The position numbers and the translations under genes were made by a program. 64,000 bases of DNA from contig CANRDE010000001.1 of NCBI GenBank assembly GCA_947629325.1, positions 4,028 to 68,027 on the forward strand, in the 5' to 3' direction. This document shows, one piece after another, positions 62,403 to 64,000 of the stretch. The notes below the pieces were generated by a model, which saw nothing but the letters and a program-made list of their open reading frames with translations, had not been told where the DNA came from and did no database searches. The stretch's first letter is position 1. Each line of letters begins with the position of its first letter. The DNA comes from an uncultured Bacilli bacterium. GTDB taxonomy: Bacteria > Bacillota_I > Bacilli_A > RF39 > UBA660.

Positions 62403-63872
62403 ATGAAAGAAATGTATTATTTGGTAAAAGTTGCCAATACTAAAATTGGATGTGAAATAATGAATAAAATCGTTGAAAAAGTAAAAAAAGAATTTGCTGA
62501 TACCCCGGATTTTAAAATAAAGGAAATAAAAGTAAGTCTTTTTAAAAGCATTTATGTTTTATTTATTGATACAATTTGTTCTAGTGATCGAATAAACGAT
62601 TATATTTTAAAAAATTTAACAAAATATCAAAATTCTCAAAATTTAAATAGCAATGTTCCTGGACCAAATACCATTTTTATAAAAGAATATGACCAAATAG
62701 AATACTATATTACTAATGGATTTGCCATCATTATTAATGACAAAGAAATAATTGCAATTGAAGCAAAAGGTGATTTAAGTAGAAGTATTTCTCAGTCTTT
62801 GCGAGAGCCTTCGCTCTTAGGACCGGAAGACTCATTTAATGAAAATTATCAGACTAATATTGGGCTTATCAAAAGAAGAATAAAAACTAATACTTTAAAA
62901 ACAGTAGAATTATCAATGGGAAGAAAAACTAAAACTGCTGTTAGCATTAATTACTTAGAAGATGTAGCGGACTTAGAAAATGTCAAAATTATTAAAGAAA
63001 AATTAAGTCGAATTGATGTCGATGGAGTTATTGATTGTGGCACCATAATAAATTATTTAGAAAGTGAGAATAGAACTGTTTTCCCAACAATCAAAAGAAC
63101 CGAAAGGCCTGATTTAGTGGCTACGGCCCTCTTAGAAGGCAAAATTATAATCATGATGGATACTACGCCTTTTGCCATTATTTTACCTACCTTTTTAGTA
63201 GATTTTATTAATCCAGTAAGTGACAATTATGTAAAAAGTATTAATGTCGCTTTTATTAAAATATTAAGAGTTTTATGTTTTGCTTTATCAATGATTACAC
63301 CAGGGATTTTTATCGCTATAATCAATTATAATCAAGAAACAATACCTACTAGTTTATTAATAAATTTTAGTACGCAAAGATCGGGCGTTCCTTTCCCTAG
63401 TATTGTGGAATTAATTATGTTATTAATCATTTGTGATATTTTAAGAGAAAGTGATCTTCGTTTCCCTTCTAATTTTGGTTCGGCTATTTCTATTTTAGGA
63501 GCTTTAATTATTGGGGATGCTGCCGTAAATGCCGGATTAGTTTCTCCTATTGCCATTATCATTGCGGCCTTTACTCTTATAACCAGCCTAATATTTACAG
63601 AATTGGAAATTAATAATGCTCTTCGTTATTACCGCTATTTATTTTTATTCTTCGCAGCCTTTTTTGGTTTATACGGTATCTTTTTGGGCACTATGTTATT
63701 TTTAATAAATGCTATTTCTATAAAGTCTTTAAACGCTCCCTTCTTTGCCCCTATTGCTCCTTTTAACAAAGAATATTTCCTTAAAACATTATTAAAGAAA
63801 AAAGATATAAAAAATACCAAAAGAAGTAGTTTATTAACTGACAAAAATATGACGAGAGGAAAATTTTCATGA
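62403..63872 (+). CDS. spore germination protein, GerA/GerKA (A subunit) family
   Basis: Soluble N-domain followed by ~5 TM helices, matching the GerAA family. The true start may be the internal Met (MNKIVEKV). Confidence 0.8.
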   Translation: MKEMYYLVKVANTKIGCEIMNKIVEKVKKEFADTPDFKIKEIKVSLFKSIYVLFIDTICSSDRINDYILKNLTKYQNSQNLNSNVPGPNTIFIKEYDQIEYYITNGFAIIINDKEIIAIEAKGDLSRSISQSLREPSLLGPEDSFNENYQTNIGLIKRRIKTNTLKTVELSMGRKTKTAVSINYLEDVADLENVKIIKEKLSRIDVDGVIDCGTIINYLESENRTVFPTIKRTERPDLVATALLEGKIIIMMDTTPFAIILPTFLVDFINPVSDNYVKSINVAFIKILRVLCFALSMITPGIFIAIINYNQETIPTSLLINFSTQRSGVPFPSIVELIMLLIICDILRESDLRFPSNFGSAISILGALIIGDAAVNAGLVSPIAIIIAAFTLITSLIFTELEINNALRYYRYLFLFFAAFFGLYGIFLGTMLFLINAISIKSLNAPFFAPIAPFNKEYFLKTLLKKKDIKNTKRSSLLTDKNMTRGKFS

Positions 63873-64000
63873 AAAAACTATTAATCTTAATAATAATTAC
63901 TATTTTTTTAACTGGCTGTTATGATAATATTGAACTTAATAATTTAGCCATTATAACTGGTATTGGTATTGATTATAAAGACAATAATTTTTATTTAACT
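63869..64000 (+). CDS. spore germination lipoprotein GerAC/GerKC family, 3'-partial
   Basis: ATGA overlap with the A-subunit stop. GAGAGGA RBS. Lipobox LTGC and the IITGIGID motif typical of GerxC N-termini. Confidence 0.6.
   Translation, partial: MKKLLILIIITIFLTGCYDNIELNNLAIITGIGIDYKDNNFYLT

Overview
This 64 kb window is very AT-rich (low-GC Firmicute by eye) and comes from an endospore-forming bacterium: it carries yqfC/yqfD, gerA-family germination genes and YjcZ-like small spore genes, together with Bacilli-type ezrA, divIVA/sepF and polC+dnaE. Most of the window is housekeeping: ackA, nrnA, recX, thiI plus a cysteine desulfurase, ezrA, pyrG, mutL, yqeG-yqeH, dnaE-polC, rpmB, ligA, pcrA, a tRNA-Arg(CCG), rseP-cdsA, divIVA-sepF, glyQS, tdk, recO-yqzL-era-dgkA-ybeY, yqfC-yqfD, yqeY-rpsU, fmt, ileS and rlmD. 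Both aminoacyl-tRNA synthetase genes sit behind recognisable T-box leaders. Three things look accessory or novel. (1) An unannotated two-peptide bacteriocin locus with double-glycine leaders, consisting of two small ORFs that the six-frame track missed, a C39-peptidase ABC exporter and a short membrane protein, wedged between rpsU and a lipid-synthesis operon. (2) Three tandem paralogous genes encoding proteins built from ~35-aa 'GIALEGAKII...FNA' repeats, inserted between recO and tdk. (3) Several hypothetical gene pairs, and one gene with a conspicuously GC-rich 3' tail. A pyrG leader hairpin, bidirectional terminators and a dnaE-polC tandem arrangement are also noted. All calls come from reading the sequence and the ORF translations; no database searches were run.
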